This document shows positions 1 through 9,203 of a DNA stretch of 64,000 nucleotides, one piece after another. The position numbers and the translations under genes are program-made. This DNA comes from an uncultured Nitrospiraceae bacterium. GTDB lineage: Bacteria; Nitrospirota; Thermodesulfovibrionia; UBA6902. Position 1 is the stretch's first letter, and each line of letters begins with the position of its first letter. The stretch is taken from the NCBI GenBank assembly GCA_964347155.1, contig CAYFXR010000062.1, positions 1,246 to 65,245 of the forward strand, written 5' to 3'. The notes beneath the pieces were generated by a model. That model worked only from the letters and a program-made list of their open reading frames with translations. It had not been told where the DNA came from and did no database searches.

Positions 1-621
1 AGCCCTTTTGACATGTTCCTGCCCTTTCACATCAGCGAAGTCGTCCTGATAAACAGAGTTTTTTTTCATGACAGAAGAAATATCTACGTACGTCGGCTTG
101 ATGACTTTTATTCCCATGAAAAATTGTATTAATTCAGGCAGACTTTCAAAGCCGTATACCGGAACCTCCTCCACAACGGCTGCTTCTTTGGCATTTTGTT
201 CAGGGAGGATTAACCCTTTAAGTTTGTCGTCCCTTGCCTTGATTGCCATTGAAAGGGCTCCTTTTATGGGTTTTATCCTGCCATCCAATGACAGTTCGCC
301 GGAAATCAAATAACCATGAACGGCATCGGCATCAATGACGCCTTCTGCTACGGTTATTCCTATGGCAATAGGCAGGTCAAATGCCGAACCCTCTTTTTTA
401 ATATCGGCAGGTGCAAGATTGATGGTTATTTGCTTGAGAGGGAAATTGAATCCTGTATTTTTCAGAGCCGTCCGAACCCTGTCTTTGCTCTCTTTGACTG
501 CGGTATCCGGAAGCCCGACCGTTGAAAAGTGAGGCAGTCCCCGTGATGTAATGTCCACCTCAACTTCAACAGTATGTGCATCAATGCCTATTAACGTTGC
601 ACTGAGAATTTTGGAAAGCAT
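1..621 (-). CDS. comM: YifB/ComM family Mg-chelatase-like AAA+ ATPase, N-terminal part. 5'-partial in this window: the gene continues past position 1, and the start codon (complement) is at 619-621.
   Basis: Reverse-strand translation reads MLSKILSATLIGIDAHTVEVEVDITSRGLPHFSTVGLPDTAVKESKDRVRTALKNTGFNFP...GQEHVKRA. The Lon-like N-domain followed by the start of the AAA module is typical of ComM/YifB. It has no stop in the window, so it is missing from the ORF track. Confidence 0.8.
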   Translation of the reverse strand, partial: MLSKILSATLIGIDAHTVEVEVDITSRGLPHFSTVGLPDTAVKESKDRVRTALKNTGFNFPLKQITINLAPADIKKEGSAFDLPIAIGITVAEGVIDADAVHGYLISGELSLDGRIKPIKGALSMAIKARDDKLKGLILPEQNAKEAAVVEEVPVYGFESLPELIQFFMGIKVIKPTYVDISSVMKKNSVYQDDFADVKGQEHVKRA

Positions 622-677
622 TCCATGTCCCCTGATAAAAAATGTTATAAGTTATCCGTTATCTGTGATTTGTTAAC

Positions 678-746
678 CCAAATAATGCAGACATTGCTCA
701 AAAATTTATTTAACTCGATTTATCCCGTGAATAGTAAATATTTTAG
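678..746 (+). repeat. Family B intergenic repeat, AATAATGCAGACATTGCTCAAAAATTTATTTAACTCGATTTATCCCGTGAATAGTAAATATTTTAG.
   Basis: Near-identical copies occur at 28708-28740, 49608-49652, 50293-50378 and (reverse complement) 7375-7467. Partial copies are at 29040-29075 and 38140-38170. Confidence 0.8.
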
Positions 747-831
747 TGTTTTAAGTAGCCCAGAAACTATAACAATATAACATAAACAGGGTAGTTTTTG
801 GTAGAAAATATATCACATACAGTACCCACTG

Positions 832-1245
832 TCATTTGGGTCGGTTTGAAATAAAACTTTCTAATTCTACAGCAGTGCCGGGAAATGACCTGAGAACTTT
901 TTTGTCTACCGTTATCAGTGAAATTTTCAGGTCTTGCGCCAGGGCAACGAATTCACAATCATAAGCGGAACAGCCACTCGATATTGCCAGACTTAGGACC
1001 TGAATTGATGTAACTTCATATTCCGCACCATACATGAATGTTTCAGCTTCCTGCATTATCGTAAGCGCATCTTCAATCTTCAGTATTCCCCTTTGGGTAC
1101 AATGAGCGAGAATATTTCGGAATTCGCTCCTCCATAAGATGGGAGCTATCCAGTAGGGGTCTTTCAGAAGTGCCTGCTCAGATTGATGAGTCCTTTCACT
1201 CGAAAGGTACAGGTATGCAAGAACGTTTGTATCAACTACGATCAT
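832..1245 (-). CDS. vapC: VapC-type PIN-domain toxin.
   Basis: Starts MIVVDTNVLAYLY, a PIN-domain N-terminus with a conserved acidic residue. It is 137 aa and overlaps the upstream antitoxin gene by 4 nt. Confidence 0.8.
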   Translation of the reverse strand: MIVVDTNVLAYLYLSSERTHQSEQALLKDPYWIAPILWRSEFRNILAHCTQRGILKIEDALTIMQEAETFMYGAEYEVTSIQVLSLAISSGCSAYDCEFVALAQDLKISLITVDKKVLRSFPGTAVELESFISNRPK

Positions 1246-1484
1246 GGCCGTCCGATATTTCTGGCTTTTGCAATTTCTTTTTCTGTGAGTAAATATCCGG
1301 CAGTTTTTTTACGCAATGCCCGTGCAGCGGAAAGAATTTTTTTTGGATCAACCTTACGGCCCATGAGTGCGTGTTCAATGCAAACGATTATCTCGCTGTT
1401 GATACTGCGATGATTAGCCTTCGCGGATTGTTTAATCTGCTCATACAATTTATCGGGTATATTCTTCACGGTTACTGTAGCCAT
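1242..1484 (-). CDS. vapB: Ribbon-helix-helix antitoxin (FitA/VapB-like, plasmid-stability type). The likely start is the internal Met (MATVTVKNIP...); the ORF track extends to 1544.
   Basis: MATVTVKNIPDKLYEQIKQSAKANHRSINSEIIVCIEHAL is a classic Arc/MetJ-type RHH N-terminus. The 4-nt overlap with vapC gives standard type II TA architecture. Confidence 0.65.
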   Translation of the reverse strand: MATVTVKNIPDKLYEQIKQSAKANHRSINSEIIVCIEHALMGRKVDPKKILSAARALRKKTAGYLLTEKEIAKARNIGRP

Positions 1485-1719
1485 AAAACCTCCATATGGT
1501 TCCAATATAGTTCCATTATGGAATACACGGAATATATTTGTCAACGTCTATAATGCAGCAAAGACAAGGAGATAATGTGAAAAGTGTAGACGCCACTTAT
1601 ACGCTCAGAAAAGAAAAAAACTGCGGAGAAAAAATATAGAGATTTCGTAGCAGCAGGTATTTATGGAAAGAATATCTGGAAAGATGTGAAAGGGCAAAGT
1701 CTTTTAGGAGAAGATGACT

Positions 1720-2175
1720 TTATTGTGACCCTGATATTTTATTCTTTATCTTATTTATGTGAGTTTTCTCATCGGCAATTATTTTTTCAAAACATGTTTC
1801 ATTTTCACAAGACATGAGATGGGCAATTACTTTATTTGTATACGTTTCTACCATTGATTCCTCAAGCTTCAATGTCATGGTAAGGGCATCATCAAGGGCA
1901 AGGGAACCACTTGTAATTTTTTCTGTTATCACGCCGGCCTGCTTTAATGTCTCATTGATGATTGGCATCGATGGTGGCAAATCTATTTTTTGCAGTTCAT
2001 TGATTAGTCCAAGAGATTTCACATCATTTAAAAAGGATAAATGGTCTGTTTCATCATCATAAAGATTTTTCCAAAAATCATTATGCTCGGGGAATATCTG
2101 CATTAAGTCCTTGTAAATAGATGCTGCAGATTCCTCCACTTTCATATACCCGTCGATAAAAGCATTTTTGTCCAT
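1720..2175 (-). CDS. Hypothetical protein, possibly a ferritin-like four-helix-bundle protein.
   Basis: A 151-aa ORF. It has spaced E / ExxH / E / ExxH motifs (VEESAA, DETDH, LEESMVETY, ADEKTH) reminiscent of diiron ferritin-like or rubrerythrin folds. No stronger identification was possible. Confidence 0.4.
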   Translation of the reverse strand: MDKNAFIDGYMKVEESAASIYKDLMQIFPEHNDFWKNLYDDETDHLSFLNDVKSLGLINELQKIDLPPSMPIINETLKQAGVITEKITSGSLALDDALTMTLKLEESMVETYTNKVIAHLMSCENETCFEKIIADEKTHINKIKNKISGSQ

Positions 2176-2310
2176 CCTAAAGCCCCCCTTAAAAGATGTT
2201 TAAAGCAAGCCTCGATAGATGAGATAAAATTTAATTAGTTCTTGATAAAAACTAAATATGATCACAGTATATCATAATAGTTGATAAGTTTTATACGATT
2301 TTCAATATCT

Positions 2311-2455
2311 TTTATGAAGAAATGAACTTGAATACCCCGTTTTGTAAACTGGGATGAAAAGTTCTCCTTTCAGATCTCCCCCTTTGCTAAAGGGGGGGAA
2401 TACATAAGTATTAATCTTTTTTTGAAGCCCCGCCTTGTAGGCGGGGAGTTTCACT
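2311..2455 (+). repeat. Family A G/C-hairpin array repeat: the hairpins CCCCGTTTTGTAAAC(T)GGG, CCCCCTTTGCTAAAGGGGGGG and GCCCCGCCTTGTAGGCGGGGAG in a row.
   Basis: The same module, with the same order of hairpins, occurs at 28735-28945 and 50376-50587. Shorter versions are at 4519-4555, 19450-19546, 30067-30110 and 42822-42906 (reverse complement). Confidence 0.85.
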
Positions 2456-2756
2456 GTAAGTTTTAGCAGCACTGTAATAACATGCTGTTATTTCTGACAG
2501 TTGATATTCTATCGGGCAGAATATAGAATTAGACTTCAATTTCTTTCATTTTTAAGGGGGATATGGTACATGAATAAAATTTATGATTTGCTCTGGAAGA
2601 AGTCTGAAAGCAATGAAAAAACCCAGTGGGAGAGAGTGGGTATCATGCTTGAGAAAGAGGACGGAAAGAAGTCCGTGAAACTTGACCTTGTCCCTGCTGT
2701 CAACTGGGACGGCTGGCTTGTAGTCTCAGAGAGAAAGACAAAATAGGTTGCCTGAA

Positions 2757-4466
2757 TTACGCCTTCTCAACCTCGGCTATTAATTTCTGTGCTGTTTTTC
2801 CGGTTGTGAGTACTTTGATCCCTTCCCAACCGACAAAAACAGCCAGAATAACCAGCACTACACAGCTTATCCCGAGAAACATATTTGGATTGGGGCCCAT
2901 GAAAAAACCTGATGGGCTGAATGCCTGCCATAACAGAGCGGCTATAGTGGTAACAATCATAAAATATGCAGGAACGACTGTATATTTGGTAGGTTTTTTT
3001 ATTCCTATCAAATAGGCAGAAATAACGAATAAAGCCAGTGCTGCAACCAACTGATTGGTGGCTCCAAATACAGGCCAGATTTTCTTCCAGCTATTGGTAT
3101 ATCCAAGATAAAATGCAGGGGCAATAGTACAGAGCAGAGCTACATACCGGTTGGCAAATAAACGGAATTTATGACCAATTGATTCCTGAACAATAAACCT
3201 GGTGATTCTGGTAGCTGTATCTAAGGTGGTTAGTATAAAGGTCTTCAGGGCCATCATGGCAATCATAGAGGCGATGCCGAATCCTATGAAAGGAAAGGTA
3301 TCTCCAACGATGTTACCAAAGGCTGTTCCAAATGTTACAATCCAGCCTTTTTGATTGACCTCATTGAAGCTGAAACGTGCAGCATCCATGCCATGGGGAA
3401 GGATCCAGTATAGTCCTCCGGCGACGATCACCAGAGTTATGGTAGCAAGGATTCCCTCAATAAGCATACCTCCATAACCAATGGCTCTTCCGTCACTTTC
3501 CTTTGCTAACTGTTTTGATGTTGTTCCTCCTGCAACCAGAGAATGGAAGCCTGAGATTGCTCCACAGGCTACGATTACAAAGAGCATGGGCCATATAGGG
3601 CCTCCTTCAGTCACTGCAGAAGTGAATACAGGGGCCTTAATAGAGGGATGGATTATAATTATTCCAAGAATTCCCAGTATTAAAAGTGCGTAGAGATTAA
3701 AAGTCGCAATGTAATCTCTTGGTTGAAGAAGCACATACACGGGCAATATGGATGCCAGGGCTGCGTAAAGCATCAGGATTACAAACCAGAACATTACCGG
3801 AGACAGGCCGAAAAGACCTTCTTCAGGCAGAGAAATGGGATGAAAGTAACCTATTATAATAAAAACCAGGTTGGCTCCTACAGCCATAAGGGTTCCCCAT
3901 AGTAAAGGGACCCCTTTTTGATAAACCGACCATCCGAATATAATAGCTATGAAAATCAGAGAAAAAGTTGGAATGACCATCTGAGGGGCTTGAACCAACG
4001 TTAATGCACCTACTACGCCAAATACAGCAACAATAAGCACCATTGCCGCCCATAAGAATAAAGAGAAGACAGATTTTGCCCTTACTCCCATGGTGCGTTC
4101 TGCAATATTGGCAATGGAGGCTCCCCGATTTCTTACCGACATCATGAGAGTCATGTAATCATGTACAGCACCGAAGAAAAGATTTCCTATCATAATCCAT
4201 CCTAAAGTTGCCAACCATCCAAAATGACCTAATGCTAAAATAGGTCCTATAATGGGACCTGCACCGGCTATCGATGCAAAATGGTGACCAAAGAGGACGG
4301 GTTTTTTGGCAGGATAAAAATCCACGTTGTCCTGCATACTCCTGGAAGGTGTGGGGCGGCTGTCATCGGGATTAACTACTTTTTGATCAAGTTTGTTTAC
4401 ATAGTACTTGTAACCGACCAAGAAAAAGACAATGCACACAGAGGAAATAATTAATACCGAGATCAT
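2757..4466 (-). CDS. cstA: Carbon starvation protein A (CstA), a peptide/pyruvate transporter family member.
   Basis: 569-aa polytopic membrane protein. The N-terminal region ...FGHHFASIAGAGPIIGPILALGHFGW... is characteristic of CstA. Confidence 0.85.
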   Translation of the reverse strand: MISVLIISSVCIVFFLVGYKYYVNKLDQKVVNPDDSRPTPSRSMQDNVDFYPAKKPVLFGHHFASIAGAGPIIGPILALGHFGWLATLGWIMIGNLFFGAVHDYMTLMMSVRNRGASIANIAERTMGVRAKSVFSLFLWAAMVLIVAVFGVVGALTLVQAPQMVIPTFSLIFIAIIFGWSVYQKGVPLLWGTLMAVGANLVFIIIGYFHPISLPEEGLFGLSPVMFWFVILMLYAALASILPVYVLLQPRDYIATFNLYALLILGILGIIIIHPSIKAPVFTSAVTEGGPIWPMLFVIVACGAISGFHSLVAGGTTSKQLAKESDGRAIGYGGMLIEGILATITLVIVAGGLYWILPHGMDAARFSFNEVNQKGWIVTFGTAFGNIVGDTFPFIGFGIASMIAMMALKTFILTTLDTATRITRFIVQESIGHKFRLFANRYVALLCTIAPAFYLGYTNSWKKIWPVFGATNQLVAALALFVISAYLIGIKKPTKYTVVPAYFMIVTTIAALLWQAFSPSGFFMGPNPNMFLGISCVVLVILAVFVGWEGIKVLTTGKTAQKLIAEVEKA

Positions 4467-4518
4467 ATTAGAATTTTATCAAAATTAGTGATTTTATTTC
4501 TTCTGTAAAATATCCTGC

Positions 4519-4555
4519 AATCCCCCCCCTTGCCCACCTTTGTTAAAGGGGGGTA
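4519..4555 (+). repeat. Fragment of a family A hairpin (CCCCCCCCTTGCCCACCTTTGTTAAAGGGGGG) in the divergent cstA/xseA promoter region.
   Basis: G-run/C-run hairpin embedded in AT-rich spacer. It matches the family A unit CCCCCCTTTGCTAAAGGGGGG. Confidence 0.6.
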
Positions 4556-4602
4556 TTATAGAAATAACTTTACTTGCAGTGACGGAGTGAATAAGAGGAG
4601 AA

Positions 4603-5844
4603 GTGTCTCAAATATTATCGTTATACGAATTGAATCAATTGATACGGTCTGCTATTCAAAAGGCATTCGACCGGACCTTTCTTGTCACAGCGGAGATAGC
4701 GTCTTGTGATGTCAAGAATCATTGCTATATAACTTTAGTTGACAAAGATGAGGATACCATAAGGGCTGAAATTAAGGCCGTTATCTGGGCAAATAGATAC
4801 AAGGTTATAGCCCCTGTCTTTGAAGAAGAGACAGGAACCATACTGTCCAAAGGAATCAAGATACTCTTTGAAGCTGAAATAAATTTTCACGAACGGTATG
4901 GTCTAAAGCTTAATATTATCAATATCGACCCTACGTACACGATTGGTGAACTTGCTGTTAAAAGGAAAGAGATTCTGGAAAGACTGTTCAAAGAAGGGCT
5001 GATAGATAGAAACAAAGCGTTAGCATTTCCCCTCGTTCCTCAGAGAATAGGAATTATCTCATCTGCTACAGCAGCAGGGTATGAAGATTTAATGAATCAT
5101 TTGATAAATAATCCGTATGCGTATCGGTTTAGTTGCAAGCTTTATGAGACAATTATGCAGGGAGACAGGGCGGAAGAGTCCATTGTGAGTGCCCTGAATC
5201 AATGTGCTCATGAAGCGATGTTTTTGGATTTGGTAGTAATCGTAAGAGGTGGAGGGGGACAAATTGATTTACATTGTTTTGACAGCTATGAGATCGGTAA
5301 GTCCATAGCTCTTTTCCCCCTTCCGGTCATATCGGGGATAGGGCATCATAGGGATGTCACAGTAGTTGATGAAGTCTCTCACATGAGAGCAAAGACCCCG
5401 ACTGCTGTAGCTGATATGATTATTACGAGAGTAAAAAATTATGAAGACAGGATTGATTCACTCGTGCATAGCGTGGTTCACGGAACTCGCAGGTTAACAT
5501 CAGATATGAAAGAGACTCTTTCTGTTTTGTTAAAAAAACTTGAAATTGCAACAAGAAATGATCTGCTTAATAATTTTCATCGTTTAAATATTTTTATCAA
5601 AGGATTACAGCATTCTATGAAGTTTATAGTGAACGAAAGGCAAAAACTTAAAGCAAAAGAAGGCAATATTAATCATTTAAACCCCAAAAATGTTCTCAAG
5701 AGAGGATACAGTATTACATACAACAATGATACAGCTGTTAAATCTGTATCTCAGGTTAATGCAGGGGATAGTTTACGAACAATCCTTCATGAGGGAGAAC
5801 TGATGAGTAAAGTTGAAAGTAAAAAGAAAAACAGGAGGAGATAA
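4603..5844 (+). CDS. xseA: Exodeoxyribonuclease VII large subunit.
   Basis: 413 aa with an OB-fold N-terminus and catalytic core. It is immediately followed by, and overlaps, a small-subunit gene. Confidence 0.9.
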   Translation: MSQILSLYELNQLIRSAIQKAFDRTFLVTAEIASCDVKNHCYITLVDKDEDTIRAEIKAVIWANRYKVIAPVFEEETGTILSKGIKILFEAEINFHERYGLKLNIINIDPTYTIGELAVKRKEILERLFKEGLIDRNKALAFPLVPQRIGIISSATAAGYEDLMNHLINNPYAYRFSCKLYETIMQGDRAEESIVSALNQCAHEAMFLDLVVIVRGGGGQIDLHCFDSYEIGKSIALFPLPVISGIGHHRDVTVVDEVSHMRAKTPTAVADMIITRVKNYEDRIDSLVHSVVHGTRRLTSDMKETLSVLLKKLEIATRNDLLNNFHRLNIFIKGLQHSMKFIVNERQKLKAKEGNINHLNPKNVLKRGYSITYNNDTAVKSVSQVNAGDSLRTILHEGELMSKVESKKKNRRR

Positions 5845-6068
5845 TGAACGATACTCCGGGTTATAAAGATGCCATTGAAGAGATAGAATCCATCGTTGAA
5901 GAAATAGAAAATGAGACCATTGATGTTGATGTATTGACAGAAAAGGTAAAAAGGGCGACGTTTCTCATTAAATATTGCAAAGAAAGGCTGAAAGTAACAG
6001 ATAATGAAATTAAGAAGGTATTAAAAGATTTTGAGAAAGAAGAAGATACCGATGCAGAGCCTTTCTGA
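5844..6068 (+). CDS. xseB: Exodeoxyribonuclease VII small subunit.
   Basis: 74-aa acidic coiled-coil protein whose start overlaps the xseA stop (ATGA). Confidence 0.85.
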   Translation: MNDTPGYKDAIEEIESIVEEIENETIDVDVLTEKVKRATFLIKYCKERLKVTDNEIKKVLKDFEKEEDTDAEPF

Positions 6069-6099
6069 TAATAATGTTCTTTGTGAGTGCTGTAAAAAT

Positions 6100-6135
6100 T
6101 CAAAAGGAAGATCCAAAATGAATCTTCCTTTTGAG
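6100..6135. terminator. Bidirectional rho-independent terminator between convergent xseB and the PEP-CTERM gene.
   Basis: AAGGAAGAT-N9-ATCTTCCTT hairpin with T-runs on both strands. Confidence 0.45.
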
Positions 6136-6167
6136 TGAAAGAAGTATGTGTTGGATTTGGGAAGGAT

Positions 6168-6866
6168 TTATTTTCTCAATTTTTTCCTTCCATAAATTGC
6201 AAAGCTTATAATACCACCACTTAAAAGGATAAACGTCCCTGGTTCGGGAACCTTTGCTGTAGAACGAGCTCCTACCCATATTGAATCTCTCCCTGCTATG
6301 CCGGGGCTATCACCATACCTACCAATATGTACTGCTGCAAAAATACCACCTGGATATTTCTCAGCAACGTTGAAATATTCAGGGTCCAGGTTAAGGAGAT
6401 TCATGTCGGGATCCATCATTTTAATAGTATCAGCGTATTTTTCTAATCTGATACTTCCGCTATCAGGAAATTTTAAATCCATGTGCCCATAGTATCCATC
6501 AGGCCTTTGTCCGTTCATTTTAAAATCTAAACCAAATGTACTTGTTGTATCAAATATTTCGTTCCCTGAAATCATGGCCTCATCTAAATTAAGATATACC
6601 TGGAGGATTTTATGGACATCTCCGATGAGATCAACTTCCATATCTACCATATCACTGTTATCGGCAAGATTAATTGTACCAAACAATGTTGGTGGAGCTG
6701 GTGTTCCACAAGTCGGACCGCCACTAAAGTTTTGACCATAAACAGTCCCAGATATAACACAATCTAAGTTAAATTGAAGCGCTTGAGATTGACCTTCCAT
6801 GATACTTAATAATAGGAAGAACACCGAAGACATGATGAAAAAACTCCCTGCTATTCTTTTTTTCAT
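6168..6866 (-). CDS. Secreted PEP-CTERM sorting-domain protein, a putative exosortase substrate.
   Basis: N-terminal signal peptide MKKRIAGSFFIMSSVFFLLLSI. The C-terminus ends VPEPGTFILLSGGIISFAIYGRKKLRK, which is the PEP motif, a TM helix and a basic tail. Confidence 0.75.
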   Translation of the reverse strand: MKKRIAGSFFIMSSVFFLLLSIMEGQSQALQFNLDCVISGTVYGQNFSGGPTCGTPAPPTLFGTINLADNSDMVDMEVDLIGDVHKILQVYLNLDEAMISGNEIFDTTSTFGLDFKMNGQRPDGYYGHMDLKFPDSGSIRLEKYADTIKMMDPDMNLLNLDPEYFNVAEKYPGGIFAAVHIGRYGDSPGIAGRDSIWVGARSTAKVPEPGTFILLSGGIISFAIYGRKKLRK

Positions 6867-6987
6867 TTGATACCCCCCTCTTTTTTTGATGGTAATTTAT
6901 TTCATATGTATATGAAGAGTAATATTGTTGTCAGTTATATTTGTTATAACATGTCGGTATTTGATCATGGGTAAAATTAAAAAAATA

Positions 6988-7075
6988 AATTGTAAAATTA
7001 TTTTACACTAATGTGGATATCTAATTGAAATTGTAAATTATTTTAGATATAACTAATTGTAAACTAAATTTACAG
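6988..7075. promoter_or_regulatory. Three spaced palindromic sites TGTAAA-N3-5-TTTACA upstream of the PEP-CTERM gene: AATTGTAAAATTATTTTACA, AATTGTAAATTATTTTAGA and AATTGTAAACTAAATTTACA.
   Basis: Direct observation: site 1 (6988-7007) is a perfect 7-3-7 palindrome and site 3 (7056-7075) a 6-5-6 palindrome. Spacing is 41 and 27 bp, 120-210 bp upstream of the ORF start. Confidence 0.3.
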
Positions 7076-7374
7076 TTAATGTCAAGTCAATTTTAATCTT
7101 TGCAAGTAGCAAAACATTAGAGGGGGCAAGTCCTTTCCGATGTAACACTTTCTCATGTCATGCTGAACCCTTAAAGTGTCATGCTGAACTTGTTTCAGCA
7201 TCTCCTATTAAACTTCGCTTAAATCTTTCCATTCACCCCAAAAATGCAGTTAAATAATGCAGGCGTTGGAAGAAATTATTTTTTCACCTCGGTGAATCTG
7301 CTGAGGTGGACGGTACCTTAAACGCAATATTAATTGATCGAGAGTGAACACTTTTATTCAAAGCCATATGCACA

Positions 7375-7487
7375 ATGTAATAATAAATGTATCCCGTAAA
7401 ATATTTACTATTAACGGGATACATCGAGTTAAATAATTTTGTTACAATGTCTGCATTATTTAATCTGAAAATGTCATTCCCATGAAA
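7375..7487 (-). repeat. Family B repeat (reverse orientation) fused to the left arm of a family C foldback element (GAAAATGTCATTCCCATGAAA), ending at the IS insertion point.
   Basis: The arm matches the reverse complement of 32851-32955 (CCGAAAATGTCATTCCCGTGTAAACGGGAATCC...). Confidence 0.7.
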
Positions 7488-9203
7488 CAGGCTGTTGCAG
7501 AATGACAAATATATTTATCTTCTCATTCGCAATTGATTATTTTCATGTATATATAACAATAAATTCTTATATCGGATAATAATCTGTTCTTTAAAATATT
7601 GATAGGCTACAAATAAGGGCAAAATAGTACGCAACAAGATATACATCTTGTTGATATTATGAGCTATGCACATAAGATTGAACTCACCCTGAACCTGTGA
7701 AAGACCCCGCAAGCGAAATCGTCTGAATCCTAAATTCTCTTTTATGTTCCCAATCGCCGGTTCAACTGTTGTCATTCGAACCTTCAGTTTCTCCTTTGCC
7801 TCGTTGCTTTGCAGTTTCTCAAGCATTTTCTCAGCGTATATTTCACGATCATCCCTGTGTATCCGTCTCACTCCTGATTTGTTATTGGAGGGTAAACAAT
7901 TCTGTTTATAAGAACAACTGCTACAGTCCACCGCTTTGTACGTTCTACCTCTCCAGCCTGATCGCCTATATCTCCTTTCAAATTTCAGCTTCTTCCTTGC
8001 TGGACATTCATAGTAATCTCCCTCTCTGTTGTATACAAAATCAGACCTCTCAAATTTCTCCTTCTCTTTTAATAGTTCCTCAGGATTCTTAACTGTATTG
8101 GCTTTATTTGCATTTGACCTGTTCTCTGGATGTGGATCTGCCACTGTAGCTTTGATCTGATTCTCTTCTATATACTCAAGCTCCTCCAAACTGTGGTAGC
8201 CCGCATCAGTAGTATATTCACGCTCAGCGTCGGCTCCTAAATTATTTTCAACATTCTCATACTGCTTTGAAAATTGATTCTGATCATTCCGGTCTTGCAC
8301 CACATCATTGCCACAAATCAGTTGGCTCTCTGTATCTACGCTTACCTGTACATTGTATGCAGGAGCTTTCTGCCTCCCGTTTACTTTATCCATTATTATT
8401 GCATCCGGTTCAATTATGTTTATCTTATGCCCATTCCAATATTCAGGTTTGACAGTCTCCTTTCGTTTTTCCAGTTGCTCCTGACGTTCTATTAAGGTCT
8501 TTTCCTTTCTTTGTAATTGCCCTACTTTCTCCCTTACTTCCTCAATCTCCTGCGACGTTTCCTCTTCAGACAACTCACACATCTCCATGTACTCTGCTAT
8601 ATCTTTTCGTACCGCTGATAGATGCTTTGATAGTGAATCAGTATCTTTACTCTTCCTTGCACTCGCCGAAGCCTGTATCCTTGAGCCGTCCATTGCTATA
8701 CTCTTGAATTCTCCTAACCCCTTCTCCCTTGCCAGTCGGACTATCTGAATAAAATAATCCGATAACAGGTTCAAATGCCTCTTCCTGAACCGGCTAAGGC
8801 TGCTGTGATCAGGCTGCAAGTTTGCCGATACATAGATGAAGTGCAAGTCTCTCTGACATCGTTGCTCAAGTTTGCGAGTGCTCGTCTCTCCCTCACTGTA
8901 GGCGTTAAACCAAGTTGCCAGCATTATCTCAGGATCAAAGGCGTCATTGCCTTGGTCGCTATACTGGTTGTAAAGCTCCCGCAAGTCTAATTCCGATACT
9001 ACTTTTACTACAAAACGACACTTGGCATTCTGCTCTACAAAGTCATCAAGACTATAACCTATGAAATTCATTTGCTCTCGATTGTTTGTTATAAATCCCA
9101 TTATTTCGCTCCTCAAATTTTTTCTGACGTATAGTATATTCGATTGAGCTGCTTATGTTAAGATTATTTATTCATTTGTTAGTACAGAAACTGCAACAGC
9201 CTG
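7488..9203 (-). mobile_element. Intact insertion sequence, 1716 bp, IS5/IS1182-type. It has perfect 13-bp terminal inverted repeats CAGGCTGTTGCAG and is flanked by a 4-bp direct repeat GAAA (7484-7487 and 9204-9207).
   Basis: The terminal inverted repeats are read directly (7488-7500 and, as reverse complement, 9191-9203). The single transposase ORF 7515-9116 fills the element. The flanks reconstitute one uninterrupted family C repeat (compare the copy at 32851-32955). Confidence 0.85.
7515..9116 (-). CDS. DDE transposase, IS5/IS1182 family, with an InsH-like N-terminal domain.
   Basis: 533 aa. The N-terminus DPEIMLATWFNAYSEGETSTRKLEQRCQRDLHFIYVSANLQPDHSSLSRFRKR matches the transposase InsH N-domain. 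TTDAGYHS is the D(1)G(Y/F) motif, and the C-terminus NLMCIAHNINK is a typical IS5-superfamily tail. Confidence 0.9.
   Translation of the reverse strand: MRSEIMGFITNNREQMNFIGYSLDDFVEQNAKCRFVVKVVSELDLRELYNQYSDQGNDAFDPEIMLATWFNAYSEGETSTRKLEQRCQRDLHFIYVSANLQPDHSSLSRFRKRHLNLLSDYFIQIVRLAREKGLGEFKSIAMDGSRIQASASARKSKDTDSLSKHLSAVRKDIAEYMEMCELSEEETSQEIEEVREKVGQLQRKEKTLIERQEQLEKRKETVKPEYWNGHKINIIEPDAIIMDKVNGRQKAPAYNVQVSVDTESQLICGNDVVQDRNDQNQFSKQYENVENNLGADAEREYTTDAGYHSLEELEYIEENQIKATVADPHPENRSNANKANTVKNPEELLKEKEKFERSDFVYNREGDYYECPARKKLKFERRYRRSGWRGRTYKAVDCSSCSYKQNCLPSNNKSGVRRIHRDDREIYAEKMLEKLQSNEAKEKLKVRMTTVEPAIGNIKENLGFRRFRLRGLSQVQGEFNLMCIAHNINKMYILLRTILPLFVAYQYFKEQIIIRYKNLLLYIHENNQLRMRR

Noticed and set aside
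68-532. Plus-strand ORFs 68-313, 316-525 and 335-532.
   Set aside because: They overlap the minus-strand comM/yifB coding region, whose translation is a well-conserved Lon-like/AAA N-terminus. They are shadow ORFs.
2311-2455. Considered whether the G/C hairpin arrays are a CRISPR array.
   Set aside because: The units are different palindromes, not identical direct repeats. Spacing is irregular, there are no cas genes, and copies are dispersed singly across the window.
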